From IMG/VR virus record IMGVR_UViG_3300011912_000001: a stretch of 64,000 bases of DNA. The stretch is one strand, 5' to 3'. Below the pieces are notes generated by a model. The model worked only from the letters and a program-made list of their open reading frames with translations. It was not told where the DNA came from and did not search any database. This stretch comes from an uncultured virus (IMG/VR IMGVR_UViG_3300011912_000001) (lineage: Duplodnaviria; Heunggongvirae; Uroviricota; Caudoviricetes). Shown here in pieces: positions 10,433 to 18,261 of this stretch (the stretch's first letter is position 1; the number at the start of each line of letters is the position of its first letter). Both the position numbers and the translations under genes were made by a program.

Positions 10433-10984
10433 TTATAGGGATAATCGGGGTGGACTGGTGATGCCAAATGTTTTCGGAAACAACGGAATGATTTCTTTTA
10501 GAATCTCAATCTCATGGCTTTTAAAACGTGTGTCTTTTGTCATCTCTTCCAGTAATGCTAAGTATTCAGGAAGAGAATTAACTCTGATGGCGACCTCTTC
10601 GAAACCAAAATCGGGTTGACGAAGATAGAAATGATGGTAAGAGATTTCAAAAGCTTCTGGACCACCTTCGGGAAATTCCGGGTTTGGAGACGTGTAGTCT
10701 TCAGCATTAAGAGAAGTTATTTCTTCGCCTATAAAGGTTTTTGGTAATGGTTTTTGAACATCTTCGATGATATAGGCGCGTGTCTGCTTATTTTGGTCAA
10801 CGAATGGAAGCTCATCCCATTGCATGAAGCTATAGCTAGAATTCCAAAGAAGGAAACAAACAAACTCAGAGTCTTGTTTTTGTTCAAGAATGGAAACATC
10901 CTCGACTACAAGCAATAGTACGACGATACTCCCGTTTTCTTGAATGTAATAGATGTCGCCGGGGCGAACGGGCGTTAGGGCCAT
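10433..10984 (-). CDS. hypothetical, family A-like (VRPGDIYY start, PRLSL end)
   Basis: ORF with RBS. Confidence 0.7.
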   Translation of the reverse strand: MALTPVRPGDIYYIQENGSIVVLLLVVEDVSILEQKQDSEFVCFLLWNSSYSFMQWDELPFVDQNKQTRAYIIEDVQKPLPKTFIGEEITSLNAEDYTSPNPEFPEGGPEAFEISYHHFYLRQPDFGFEEVAIRVNSLPEYLALLEEMTKDTRFKSHEIEILKEIIPLFPKTFGITSPPRLSL

Positions 10985-10986
10985 GA

Positions 10987-11412
10987 CTATTCCTCCATTC
11001 GTTTTTTCTCAGCGTCAGTCGCATCCCGTGTGTTCTCAGGACGAGTGTTTTCAGCATCATCGTCTGCCCGGTACCGAACACCAACTTTGAGTTGTTTATA
11101 GGTTTTCTTGTCGACATAGAAGTCTTCTGTTTCTTTTCCGTTCTTGATGACGACACGGAAGGATTCAGGGTGATGGACATACGTCGGCGTCATAACCGTC
11201 GTCGTCGTTTTCCCTGTACTGATGACCATTGGCATCATGATGACATCACTGTCTTCAGGAAAATGTTCAAGTTTCGTGACGACACCTTCTGTAATGGTAG
11301 GTGGTTTGAATTCTAAATAAAAAGCATAGCCTAAACCGACAATACAAAGAACGATGATACCAATTAAAAAGATTAAAAAGGGAAGAAGTATTTTGTCTAA
11401 GAAGAAGTCCAT
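10987..11412 (-). CDS. membrane protein with one N-terminal TM helix
   Basis: LLPFLIFLIGIIVLCIVGLGYAF helix; RBS AAGGAG. Confidence 0.75.
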   Translation of the reverse strand: MDFFLDKILLPFLIFLIGIIVLCIVGLGYAFYLEFKPPTITEGVVTKLEHFPEDSDVIMMPMVISTGKTTTTVMTPTYVHHPESFRVVIKNGKETEDFYVDKKTYKQLKVGVRYRADDDAENTRPENTRDATDAEKKRMEE

Positions 11413-11425
11413 AATAATTGCTCCT

Positions 11426-11728
11426 TTACCATGCAATGTATAGGGTGCTTGAGAAAAACCCGCGCTCAATCAAAGTATCATATCCTTGTTTGCGTAAATC
11501 TTCTCGAATCATAGCAACAGCTTGACGCTCGACCGATTGTTTATTCTTTGAGACGGAAATGCAACAGGCGGCCTTACCACGTCTGGCTTCCTTTTCAATC
11601 TCAGAGTAAATCTGTTCTTTGAGCTTGTCGATGTGTTTCTGTAAAAGGATTTGCCGCATCAGCGACCGGTCTTGTGAAGATTGACCGGTCATCAAATAGC
11701 GGGCTTCCTTTGCATCTAAGAATTTCAT
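11426..11728 (-). CDS. hypothetical, family C
   Basis: LDAKEAR, EARRG, QGYD, LYIAW. Confidence 0.72.
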   Translation of the reverse strand: MKFLDAKEARYLMTGQSSQDRSLMRQILLQKHIDKLKEQIYSEIEKEARRGKAACCISVSKNKQSVERQAVAMIREDLRKQGYDTLIERGFFSSTLYIAW

Positions 11729-11738
11729 AGCAACCTCC

Positions 11739-12164
11739 TTAATAAAATAATCCGTAACCGGGACCACTGATGTGACGTTGTTGACTATCAAAACCATAGA
11801 AGATGAGCATCGGGCGCTTATCTTCGACAAGTTTTAAAGTCAGCGATGTGTCTGCTTGCTGAAGTAAGAACGCCCACATGCGTGCTATCCCTTCAGAAGA
11901 CGGACAATCATCTTCAAAGTCTTCAAAATCAAAACCCAGTTGCTTTAACTTATCCATGACATCTTCTTTGACAATAGCATCTTCATATTCAGAACAGACT
12001 TCACTGATATCAATACCAGTAGCATTTCGGATTTTGAAATGGGCTTCGCGTACTTCCTCAACAGGTTTGTTCGATTTGAAAATGAAATAGTCACATTTTC
12101 CGTGACCGTCGTCGGACCAGTCCCCAATCGGCATAGTAAATTCATGAGTTAATGTGTTTTCCAT
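11739..12164 (-). CDS. conserved phage hypothetical protein (GDWSxDGH ... GYGLF type)
   Basis: strong RBS; motif pair typical of a widespread phage family. Confidence 0.7.
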   Translation of the reverse strand: MENTLTHEFTMPIGDWSDDGHGKCDYFIFKSNKPVEEVREAHFKIRNATGIDISEVCSEYEDAIVKEDVMDKLKQLGFDFEDFEDDCPSSEGIARMWAFLLQQADTSLTLKLVEDKRPMLIFYGFDSQQRHISGPGYGLFY

Positions 12165-12180
12165 AAATAATTCCTCCTTT

Positions 12181-12492
12181 TTAGTCTACACGATGGTGAG
12201 ACCATGAGATGGTGATGCCTTGTTCTAACGGGTCTTTGTCCATAAAATAAAGGGAAGCTTTATCAATTTCATAACCAAGACCACCTAAGCGTGAAATGAT
12301 GAGATGATAGATACGTGGCGTATTATTGACAGCAGGAGAGAATTGGTGGTCTACATCATAATAACCAAGCGATGCGGCACGGTTAATGGAATCGATGACG
12401 CGGGCAAACTCTAATTCTAAAATGACGTTCCAATCCGATGGTCGCTTCTCAGCACTTTGACGTGCCATATTTTGTGCATTTGCAAGTTTCAT
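12181..12492 (-). CDS. hypothetical, family C
   Basis: AASLG, LGYE, ITISW. Confidence 0.72.
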   Translation of the reverse strand: MKLANAQNMARQSAEKRPSDWNVILELEFARVIDSINRAASLGYYDVDHQFSPAVNNTPRIYHLIISRLGGLGYEIDKASLYFMDKDPLEQGITISWSHHRVD

Positions 12493-12504
12493 AAATATTC
12501 TCCT

Positions 12505-12804
12505 TTACCATGTGATAGTGAAAGAACCTAAGATGAACTGTTTATCATCAGGAGGTGTATAGGTCACTTCGTACCCATTGCGTTCTAAATCCTCTTGAAT
12601 GATAGAAAGCACATCAGAAGCCTCCGATATCATGCGTTGTGTTAAAGAATGGTCTTTACGGATGGCGGCGCATGCGACTTCCTTGTAAATCCCTTCAAGA
12701 TTCACGTAAGCAATACGAGTGGCTTCTTTTTGTCTTTCATCAGGGTCTTCCGCGACAATACGACGTGCTTGAGTTGCCGTCAACGGACGGTAGGTGTAAG
12801 ACAT
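12505..12804 (-). CDS. hypothetical, family C
   Basis: LTATQAR, NGYEV, FTITW. Confidence 0.72.
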   Translation of the reverse strand: MSYTYRPLTATQARRIVAEDPDERQKEATRIAYVNLEGIYKEVACAAIRKDHSLTQRMISEASDVLSIIQEDLERNGYEVTYTPPDDKQFILGSFTITW

Positions 12805-12819
12805 GAATAAAATCCTCCT

Positions 12820-13185
12820 TTACCATTGAATTTGAAGAATATCATAAGACTGAAGTGTGACATGAGAGAAGATGTCATCAGTTTTCACAGTGTAACCAAG
12901 TAAAGGCAACTCATACTTCAACTGCATGAGAATCAATGAGATGTCGGCGGCGTCATCTTCTTCAAAGAAAGATGTCACATTCACGGCATGAACACTTTCT
13001 CCTTTTAATGCCTTATTACGAGCTCCAGTTAAGAGTTCTTGTCTCACAGCATCACATCGTTTGTTGTGAAGAACACTTTGCTCAATACTGAATCCTTCTT
13101 TTGCTTTGTCTAACTTATTCAACTCCGCTTTCAATGTGAGTTCTTTCAATTTGTCTGCTGTGAATATTTTAGCTTGTGTTTCCAT
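12820..13185 (-). CDS. hypothetical, family C
   Basis: FTADKL, ALKGE, LGYTV, LQIQW. Confidence 0.72.
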   Translation of the reverse strand: METQAKIFTADKLKELTLKAELNKLDKAKEGFSIEQSVLHNKRCDAVRQELLTGARNKALKGESVHAVNVTSFFEEDDAADISLILMQLKYELPLLGYTVKTDDIFSHVTLQSYDILQIQW

Positions 13186-13201
13186 AATAAAATCCCTCCT
13201 T

Positions 13202-13546
13202 TTAATAGATGTCGATGCCGCCAGTCGTTGTTCGTAAGTTCACAGTAATCGTACCGTACCCATATAACCGCTCAGGCATCATTTTTTGAAGCGTGACGCG
13301 AAATCCTTTCTTTTGAATGGCATGAGGAAGTAAAGAATGTAACCCTTCATCTTTCTCATCAAGCGTTAAGATGTTGAAGCCGAATTCACGAATCTCTTTA
13401 GAATGATACTGACTACAAATCATATTTCGTACCTCGCGGAAAGAACGCTCCCATACATCTTCAATATCCCGAATGGAATCATCTTTCTCTTCGAAAGGAA
13501 CCTCTTCACAGTGTGGAATCAAAGCGAATAGTTCTTCGATAGTCAT
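13202..13546 (-). CDS. hypothetical protein
   Basis: AAGGAGG RBS before MTIEE. Confidence 0.65.
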   Translation of the reverse strand: MTIEELFALIPHCEEVPFEEKDDSIRDIEDVWERSFREVRNMICSQYHSKEIREFGFNILTLDEKDEGLHSLLPHAIQKKGFRVTLQKMMPERLYGYGTITVNLRTTTGGIDIY

Positions 13547-13595
13547 AGTAAATTCCTCCTTAAAATAGTAGTCGCCGCCGAAACCCTCTAAAACC

Positions 13596-13824
13596 AAGAA
13601 CTCTATTAGTAATAATAGTAAGAGTTATTAAGATTAAGAGAGATAATGAATAAGAATTAAATAGAGTAGTAGATAATCAAGTAAAGATTAGAAAGAGTAG
13701 AATACCTGTAAAAACACCTACATTTGATGAAATATGGCTTAGAAACACCTTAATCCTAATAAATATGGTCTAGAAACACTCACATCTGATGAAAAAATAC
13801 CTACATTCCTATAAATATGGTATC
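13596..13824. repeat. AT-rich purine-skewed tract followed by phased direct repeats (AAACACC...AAATATGG), origin- or operator-like
   Basis: repeat units start at 13712, 13743, 13774 and 13795. Confidence 0.7.
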
Positions 13825-13972
13825 ACGCCCCCAAATAATTGGTGGTCAGAGTAGCGTTTCGAAGGATAAGTGGTCAGTCGTTATTCACTGGTATTGTATA
13901 CTTATGCAGAAAGTGTTCAAAATTCCCGGGGTAGTTGCATACCCTTTCTCGTTTATGCAAGATTGTTGCATA

Positions 13973-14167
13973 TTAGGGGGAATCAAAGAAGCGTCGAATA
14001 GCGTTGTGGTGTTTTTGTTTCATGTGTCGGATGCTTTTAGAGAGGTCGACGACGGTGTGCGGGTTCTTGAGGTGACGGGATTTGAGTTTGCGTTTGAGGT
14101 CAGTGTCTTTGTCGGTGACAATGAATCCGCCATGTTTGGTTTTAGAGATGGTATACTTCTTCTTCAT
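13973..14167 (-). CDS. small basic protein
   Basis: AAGGAG RBS; K/R/H-rich, 64 aa. Confidence 0.65.
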   Translation of the reverse strand: MKKKYTISKTKHGGFIVTDKDTDLKRKLKSRHLKNPHTVVDLSKSIRHMKQKHHNAIRRFFDSP

Positions 14168-14181
14168 GGGTTTCTCCTTTC

Positions 14182-14655
14182 TTAGAGAGATAAGTTCGGT
14201 GGTTGTGTGGACTTGAATTCCATGTGAATGGATTTGAAGAAGCGGATGACGGAAGCGTGCTGATATTCTTGCATGGGTAAGAAGTCTTGTAACGCTTCTT
14301 CTAGGTCTTCAAGGGAACGGATGGGCGTGCACCGTTTCATGTCGAGGCGGGCACAGGTAGGAGTTGTTTTTTGTGTTCCGTGTTCGATGCGGGCGAACCG
14401 TTTCTTATCAAAGTGTTCTTCAGAACCAGAGGCATGCATCTGTTTGATGTAGGCAATGAGTTGTTCTTGTTCTTCGATAGTCCCTCTTGTGATACAGAAG
14501 TTTAAGTCAAAGATGTCTTCTGAGTCTCCGGCGAGCACGAGGGTACGGACTTCTTTCTTTGAAGGAATCATCGATTTCTTTTGGATGGTGACGGCGATGT
14601 AACGGGGTTGTCCTAATGGATTCCGGTATAGATAAAAGTCTCCGACTGTGAACAT
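14182..14655 (-). CDS. hypothetical, family A (FTVGDFY start, PNLSL end)
   Basis: start at MFTVGD after AAGGAAG. Confidence 0.72.
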   Translation of the reverse strand: MFTVGDFYLYRNPLGQPRYIAVTIQKKSMIPSKKEVRTLVLAGDSEDIFDLNFCITRGTIEEQEQLIAYIKQMHASGSEEHFDKKRFARIEHGTQKTTPTCARLDMKRCTPIRSLEDLEEALQDFLPMQEYQHASVIRFFKSIHMEFKSTQPPNLSL

Positions 14656-14686
14656 AGTACATCTTCCTTTCTTACGGCTAGAGTTT

Positions 14687-14770
14687 AAAAAAATCCCTAG
14701 AGAAAAGCCATCACGGATGTGTTTCTCCTTTTTTAGAAAAAGTCCCACAGGGAAGCCATCGCGGATGTGT
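14687..14770. repeat. imperfect tandem duplication (48-bp period), each copy ending in a GGATGTGT box
   Basis: aagccatcacggatgtgt at 14705 and aagccatcgcggatgtgt at 14753. Confidence 0.7.
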
Positions 14771-14784
14771 CTAGGTATGTATCA

Positions 14785-14894
14785 TAAAAAGATGGAAACA
14801 GAGCAGACGCTGTCGCGGAATAAGGAGAAGGGGAAGGCTCCTTACGCCGTGACAACGCCCGCTCCGTTGAGGACGCTGAGATAACGAATCAATC
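14785..14894 (-). ncRNA. putative long-hairpin sRNA with C-rich apical loop
   Basis: ~70-nt stem 14798-14867 with G-U pairs on the minus strand; loop CCUUCCCCUU; 3' U tract; lies directly after a hairpin element. Confidence 0.55.
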
Positions 14895-14920
14895 AAAAGA
14901 AGAGGGGCGTAGCCCCCCGC
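14891..14920 (-). promoter_or_regulatory. hairpin promoter-like element
   Basis: AATCA-N9-GGGC-GTA-GCCC-CCCGC. Confidence 0.65.
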
Positions 14921-14928
14921 CTTTGACC

Positions 14929-15528
14929 TTAAAACGCTTTGTCGCTGATGATTGGCGGAACCGTTGGAGTCTCCGTCGCACCCGCTGTTTGTTCTTGAAC
15001 CTGAGCTTGCGCTTGCGGTTGAACAGCACCAGCGCCACCTGCGCCACCTAGAGCGGCGACGAGGAGGGCGATAGTGTTAGCGTCAAGACCAGCAAGAGCG
15101 GCGAGAGCCGGATTCGCTTGAGCTTGTGCCTGAGCTTGTTGCTCGACAGAAGCTTGTTTACATTTCGAGTGAACATGTTTGAGTACTTGTGCGCGCACCG
15201 ACTGATTCAGACGGTATTCGTCACGGTATTTCTTTTCCCCGTTCTCGATGTACTCACGAGAAGGGAAGACGAGCCGGACAGAGTTCGCGTCTTGTTTCCC
15301 ACGGAAAGCTGAGAAGTAGAACGAACCAACGACAGTGTGCAATTGTACCTGACCGATGACACCGGATTTCGCTTGCGCCTCAGAAGAAGCTGGAACGATG
15401 ACGATGTTTTCGATACCTAGGTCAGCGTTAGAAGAAGCGTCTGTAGACTTTTCGTCTTGAAGATACCAGAGCGGTCCTTTTGTGTCGTTGACTTTCGATT
15501 GGTCGAGTACGAGTCCTTGGATTTGCAT
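14929..15528 (-). CDS. SpoVG-like nucleic-acid-binding protein with Q/A/G-rich tail
   Basis: VRLVFPSREYIENGEKKYRD resembles the SpoVG core. Confidence 0.55.
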   Translation of the reverse strand: MQIQGLVLDQSKVNDTKGPLWYLQDEKSTDASSNADLGIENIVIVPASSEAQAKSGVIGQVQLHTVVGSFYFSAFRGKQDANSVRLVFPSREYIENGEKKYRDEYRLNQSVRAQVLKHVHSKCKQASVEQQAQAQAQANPALAALAGLDANTIALLVAALGGAGGAGAVQPQAQAQVQEQTAGATETPTVPPIISDKAF

Positions 15529-15612
15529 GAGTAATTCCTCCTTTTAACGTCACGTGGACAATTTGTGTACCCAGAAGAACTCCCGTCACCAAAAAGGATG
15601 GAGTGTTCTCTG

Positions 15613-15642
15613 AATCAAGAAAAGAAGGGCGTAGCCCCCCGC
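15613..15642 (-). promoter_or_regulatory. hairpin promoter-like element
   Basis: AATCA-N9-GGGC-GTA-GCCC-CCCGC. Confidence 0.65.
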
Positions 15643-15671
15643 CTTTAAAAGGTTTTAGGGTTTTCCGCTTT

Positions 15672-15733
15672 TCCCTGCCATCATCAGACCTACGGAGGGT
15701 ACCCGTAGATGACGTCTCTCGACGTTTCGGCAT
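15672..15733 (-). ncRNA. type II hammerhead ribozyme
   Basis: UGCC-GAAA-CGUC(GAGA)GACG-UC^AUCUACGG(GUACCCU)CCGUAGGU-CUGAUGA-U-GGCA-GGG; predicted cleavage between 15711 and 15710. Confidence 0.85.
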
Positions 15734-15735
15734 GT

Positions 15736-15765
15736 AATCATTAAAAGAAGGACGTAGTCCCCCGC
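15736..15765 (-). promoter_or_regulatory. hairpin promoter-like element (compensatory stem GGAC/GTCC)
   Basis: AATCA-N9-GGAC-GTA-GTCC-CCCGC. Confidence 0.65.
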
Positions 15766-15767
15766 TC

Positions 15768-15983
15768 TTAAAGGTTTTCATAAAGAATGGAGCCAAAAAA
15801 GACAGTAGCGAATACTGTCATACCAATGCATTTCATCATTTCTTCGAAAGCAAAAGAGCGTTTGACGGTGTCTTTCGAGTATCGGACGCGCCACCACTTG
15901 CCTATGACAATCAAGGTTAAGCGCCACATGTTTAATAACACTACGGCATAGAATGTGACGAATAGGACCGCTAAGATGGACAT
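15768..15983 (-). CDS. small two-TM membrane protein
   Basis: two hydrophobic stretches; RBS AGGAGG. Confidence 0.65.
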   Translation of the reverse strand: MSILAVLFVTFYAVVLLNMWRLTLIVIGKWWRVRYSKDTVKRSFAFEEMMKCIGMTVFATVFFGSILYENL

Positions 15984-15994
15984 GAGGTTTCCTC

Positions 15995-16180
15995 CTACAT
16001 TTGACTGACTTTGTAGATAAAGATGATGCCGATGGCCATGACGCCACCCCATAGCAGAGAGTGGTCGATGACCCGTCTATCGATGTAAGCAATCTTCAAG
16101 AACAATGCCCCTAGAGCGATGATGCATAAACCGATAAGATACAAGAATGATTTGACGAGTTCTAGTTCATCTGATGCCAT
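15995..16180 (-). CDS. small two-TM membrane protein
   Basis: two hydrophobic stretches; RBS AAGGAGG. Confidence 0.65.
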   Translation of the reverse strand: MASDELELVKSFLYLIGLCIIALGALFLKIAYIDRRVIDHSLLWGGVMAIGIIFIYKVSQM

Positions 16181-16232
16181 GGGGATGACCTCCTTATATG
16201 TAAGGGGAGCGGGCTCGTACTCCCCGCGTACC

Positions 16233-16793
16233 TTACGCTTTTACTTCAGAAGTTTCCGCTTCTGCTTGTTTCGCTTCGAAATTTTGATTGAGCACAGAAA
16301 GCAATGATGCCATTTGCGTGCCTAGTTCTTGGAGCGTTTGTTCGTTACGAGCCATGCGTTCTTGCATGCTGTTGTCACCCGTCAGACCTTCCGGTAATTG
16401 GATGTTGATGACCGGTTGTTGGTCGGGTTTAACCGTAGAGCGTGGGTCGACTGGGTCTGCACCCATGAAGCGACGAGCCTTCTCTAAGAGAGAACCGTTC
16501 GCATACTGGTGTTCCCGGTGCTCATACGCTTGGACTTTCTTCTCGAAGTTGCGGGCTTCTTGTTTCATGCCGGCGACTTCGACAGCAGAGTGCTGGACGT
16601 CTTGGAGTTCAAGACCAATGTGAGAAGCAATTTGTTGCAAGAGGATGGCATGTCCTGCCATGTCCACTTTCAGGTTCGAGATTTCATCGTTGAAGACAGT
16701 TTTCGATACCGGGAGCATGCCACCGACACGTTGGATTAAAGGCTTGTCCTGAGGACGCTGATAATATTCTTGTACGAATTGGTTGAGTTGCAT
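16233..16793 (-). CDS. coiled-coil hypothetical protein
   Basis: ORF with RBS. Confidence 0.7.
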   Translation of the reverse strand: MQLNQFVQEYYQRPQDKPLIQRVGGMLPVSKTVFNDEISNLKVDMAGHAILLQQIASHIGLELQDVQHSAVEVAGMKQEARNFEKKVQAYEHREHQYANGSLLEKARRFMGADPVDPRSTVKPDQQPVINIQLPEGLTGDNSMQERMARNEQTLQELGTQMASLLSVLNQNFEAKQAEAETSEVKA

Positions 16794-16827
16794 GGGATAA
16801 CTTCCTTTCTAATGTGGGAGTAGTGAG

Positions 16828-16857
16828 CCCTATAAGAAGGAGGGCGTAGCCCCCCGC
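16828..16857 (-). promoter_or_regulatory. hairpin promoter-like element (CCCTA in place of AATCA)
   Basis: GGGC-GTA-GCCC-CCCGC. Confidence 0.55.
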
Positions 16858-16875
16858 TCTTAAGGTTTTAAGGTC

Positions 16876-16980
16876 TTAATGAAAAGCGAACGATAAAGTA
16901 AAGTACGCCATCGCTAATAAGCCGACGGCGATACTGATACTTTCCATGATATCGTGATAATGCGGATGTTTGCGTTTCAT
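16876..16980 (-). CDS. 34-aa membrane peptide (not in ORF track)
   Basis: MKRKHPHYHDIMESISIAVGLLAMAYFTLSFAFH; TGATG coupling with the upstream gene. Confidence 0.45.
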   Translation of the reverse strand: MKRKHPHYHDIMESISIAVGLLAMAYFTLSFAFH

Positions 16981-17348
16981 CACTGCACCACCGTCAGGAC
17001 TTTGTTGATAGCCCCTAGACGATAGCCTTGCGTGCCATCATTACGGACGTTGCCGTATGGGATGGTATTGCGGACATCAAAGCAATCGATGCAGATGTTG
17101 CCGTCATCACTGTAGACGCGGGCGAGGGCACACGTGTTCATGAATGGATTGACGACAGCATAGCTCGTGTTGTTTGGAAGGTCGAAGGCTTCCGGTGCAG
17201 TCAGCTGTAAGTCCGCCACGATTTCATAGACGCTTAACCCAAACTCTTTGATTTTAGAAAGGACAGTGGGAGTGGCGCCGACGATGACGTCTTGCCCCTC
17301 GATTGTCATAGTATCCTCGAAGTTAAAATGTTTGATAGACGTAGTCAT
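16980..17348 (-). CDS. hypothetical protein
   Basis: AAGGAG RBS. Confidence 0.7.
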   Translation of the reverse strand: MTTSIKHFNFEDTMTIEGQDVIVGATPTVLSKIKEFGLSVYEIVADLQLTAPEAFDLPNNTSYAVVNPFMNTCALARVYSDDGNICIDCFDVRNTIPYGNVRNDGTQGYRLGAINKVLTVVQ

Positions 17349-17385
17349 GATAATAGTCTCCTTTTTGTATGCGATTGAGTTATGG

Positions 17386-17889
17386 TCATTGAGTGACGCG
17401 ATGGCTTTCCACGTAGGTCTTCCACGGGAAAGTATAGCCGGGTTTCTTATTCAGGATGAGCCCACTGTAAGCGTCTTTCTGGGTTCCGTCCCATAACCAG
17501 AGTATCCAGTCACTTTCATGGATGAGCGTCCGGTTTCGTTGGTTGAGCATTTGGTATTGGTCAGAGGTCGGGTTGTCATGGATATAGAGGGCTTGCCCCC
17601 GAAGTTCCAGTTGTTCCCGCACCTTCCGCCAATCTTCTCCCTGTTTATGCCCGAAGCCCGGGAAAGGTAAGATGAGCTGAATCTGGTCGGCGTATCCGTT
17701 ATAGAATAACCATTTCATGGCACGACTGTCCCAGTGGTCCGCACACCCGATTAAGAACGTATGTCCTTGGGGTGCAAGAGCACTGAGGATGTCTTCTTGC
17801 CACTTCCAGATATCATCAAGCTTTGGGCTGTTGCGGTTGTAGTACGGATGGTGTTTCCGCATCCGCATGCCGATGACACCAATTTTCAA
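17386..17889 (-). CDS. YspA-like (DUF1273) SLOG-family protein
   Basis: KIGVIG.R, G.ADHWD, LILPF, QRNRTLIHESD.IL.LWDG. Confidence 0.7.
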   Translation of the reverse strand: MKIGVIGMRMRKHHPYYNRNSPKLDDIWKWQEDILSALAPQGHTFLIGCADHWDSRAMKWLFYNGYADQIQLILPFPGFGHKQGEDWRKVREQLELRGQALYIHDNPTSDQYQMLNQRNRTLIHESDWILWLWDGTQKDAYSGLILNKKPGYTFPWKTYVESHRVTQ

Positions 17890-18203
17890 GGGGTTTCACC
17901 TGCCTCTGCCTTCCATGAAATAAGAAGATGCGCGGGATGCGTTTGATGGACAGTGAACCCACGATAGGTCAATTGTTCCATAATGGCTTCATCGTAAGCA
18001 TGAATGTTTGAGAAAAGGAATTCATAGTCAGACAATGAGATATGGTGCGAGTATAAGCCTCGTGCGGCACGTGGCATGCAGTCCGCTATCATCTCTTCTG
18101 CGGCGTTGATGATTTTTACATTGAGTACGGCGTCCTCATGTTGTTTCTGAAGATTCCGTTCGTTTGCCATAAAACGAAAGATTTCTGCTTCTGTAGACAT
18201 CAT
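17886..18203 (-). CDS. hypothetical, family C
   Basis: AARG, RGFTV, LLISW. Confidence 0.7.
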   Translation of the reverse strand: MMSTEAEIFRFMANERNLQKQHEDAVLNVKIINAAEEMIADCMPRAARGLYSHHISLSDYEFLFSNIHAYDEAIMEQLTYRGFTVHQTHPAHLLISWKAEAGETP

Positions 18204-18221
18204 GGATATCTCTCCTCTCAT

Positions 18222-18252
18222 AATCAAGAACAGGAGGGCGTACGCCCCCCGC
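18222..18252 (-). promoter_or_regulatory. hairpin promoter-like element (GTAC loop)
   Basis: AATCA-N9-GGGC-GTAC-GCCC-CCCGC; RBS begins a few nt downstream. Confidence 0.65.
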
Positions 18253-18261
18253 TCTTTGTTC

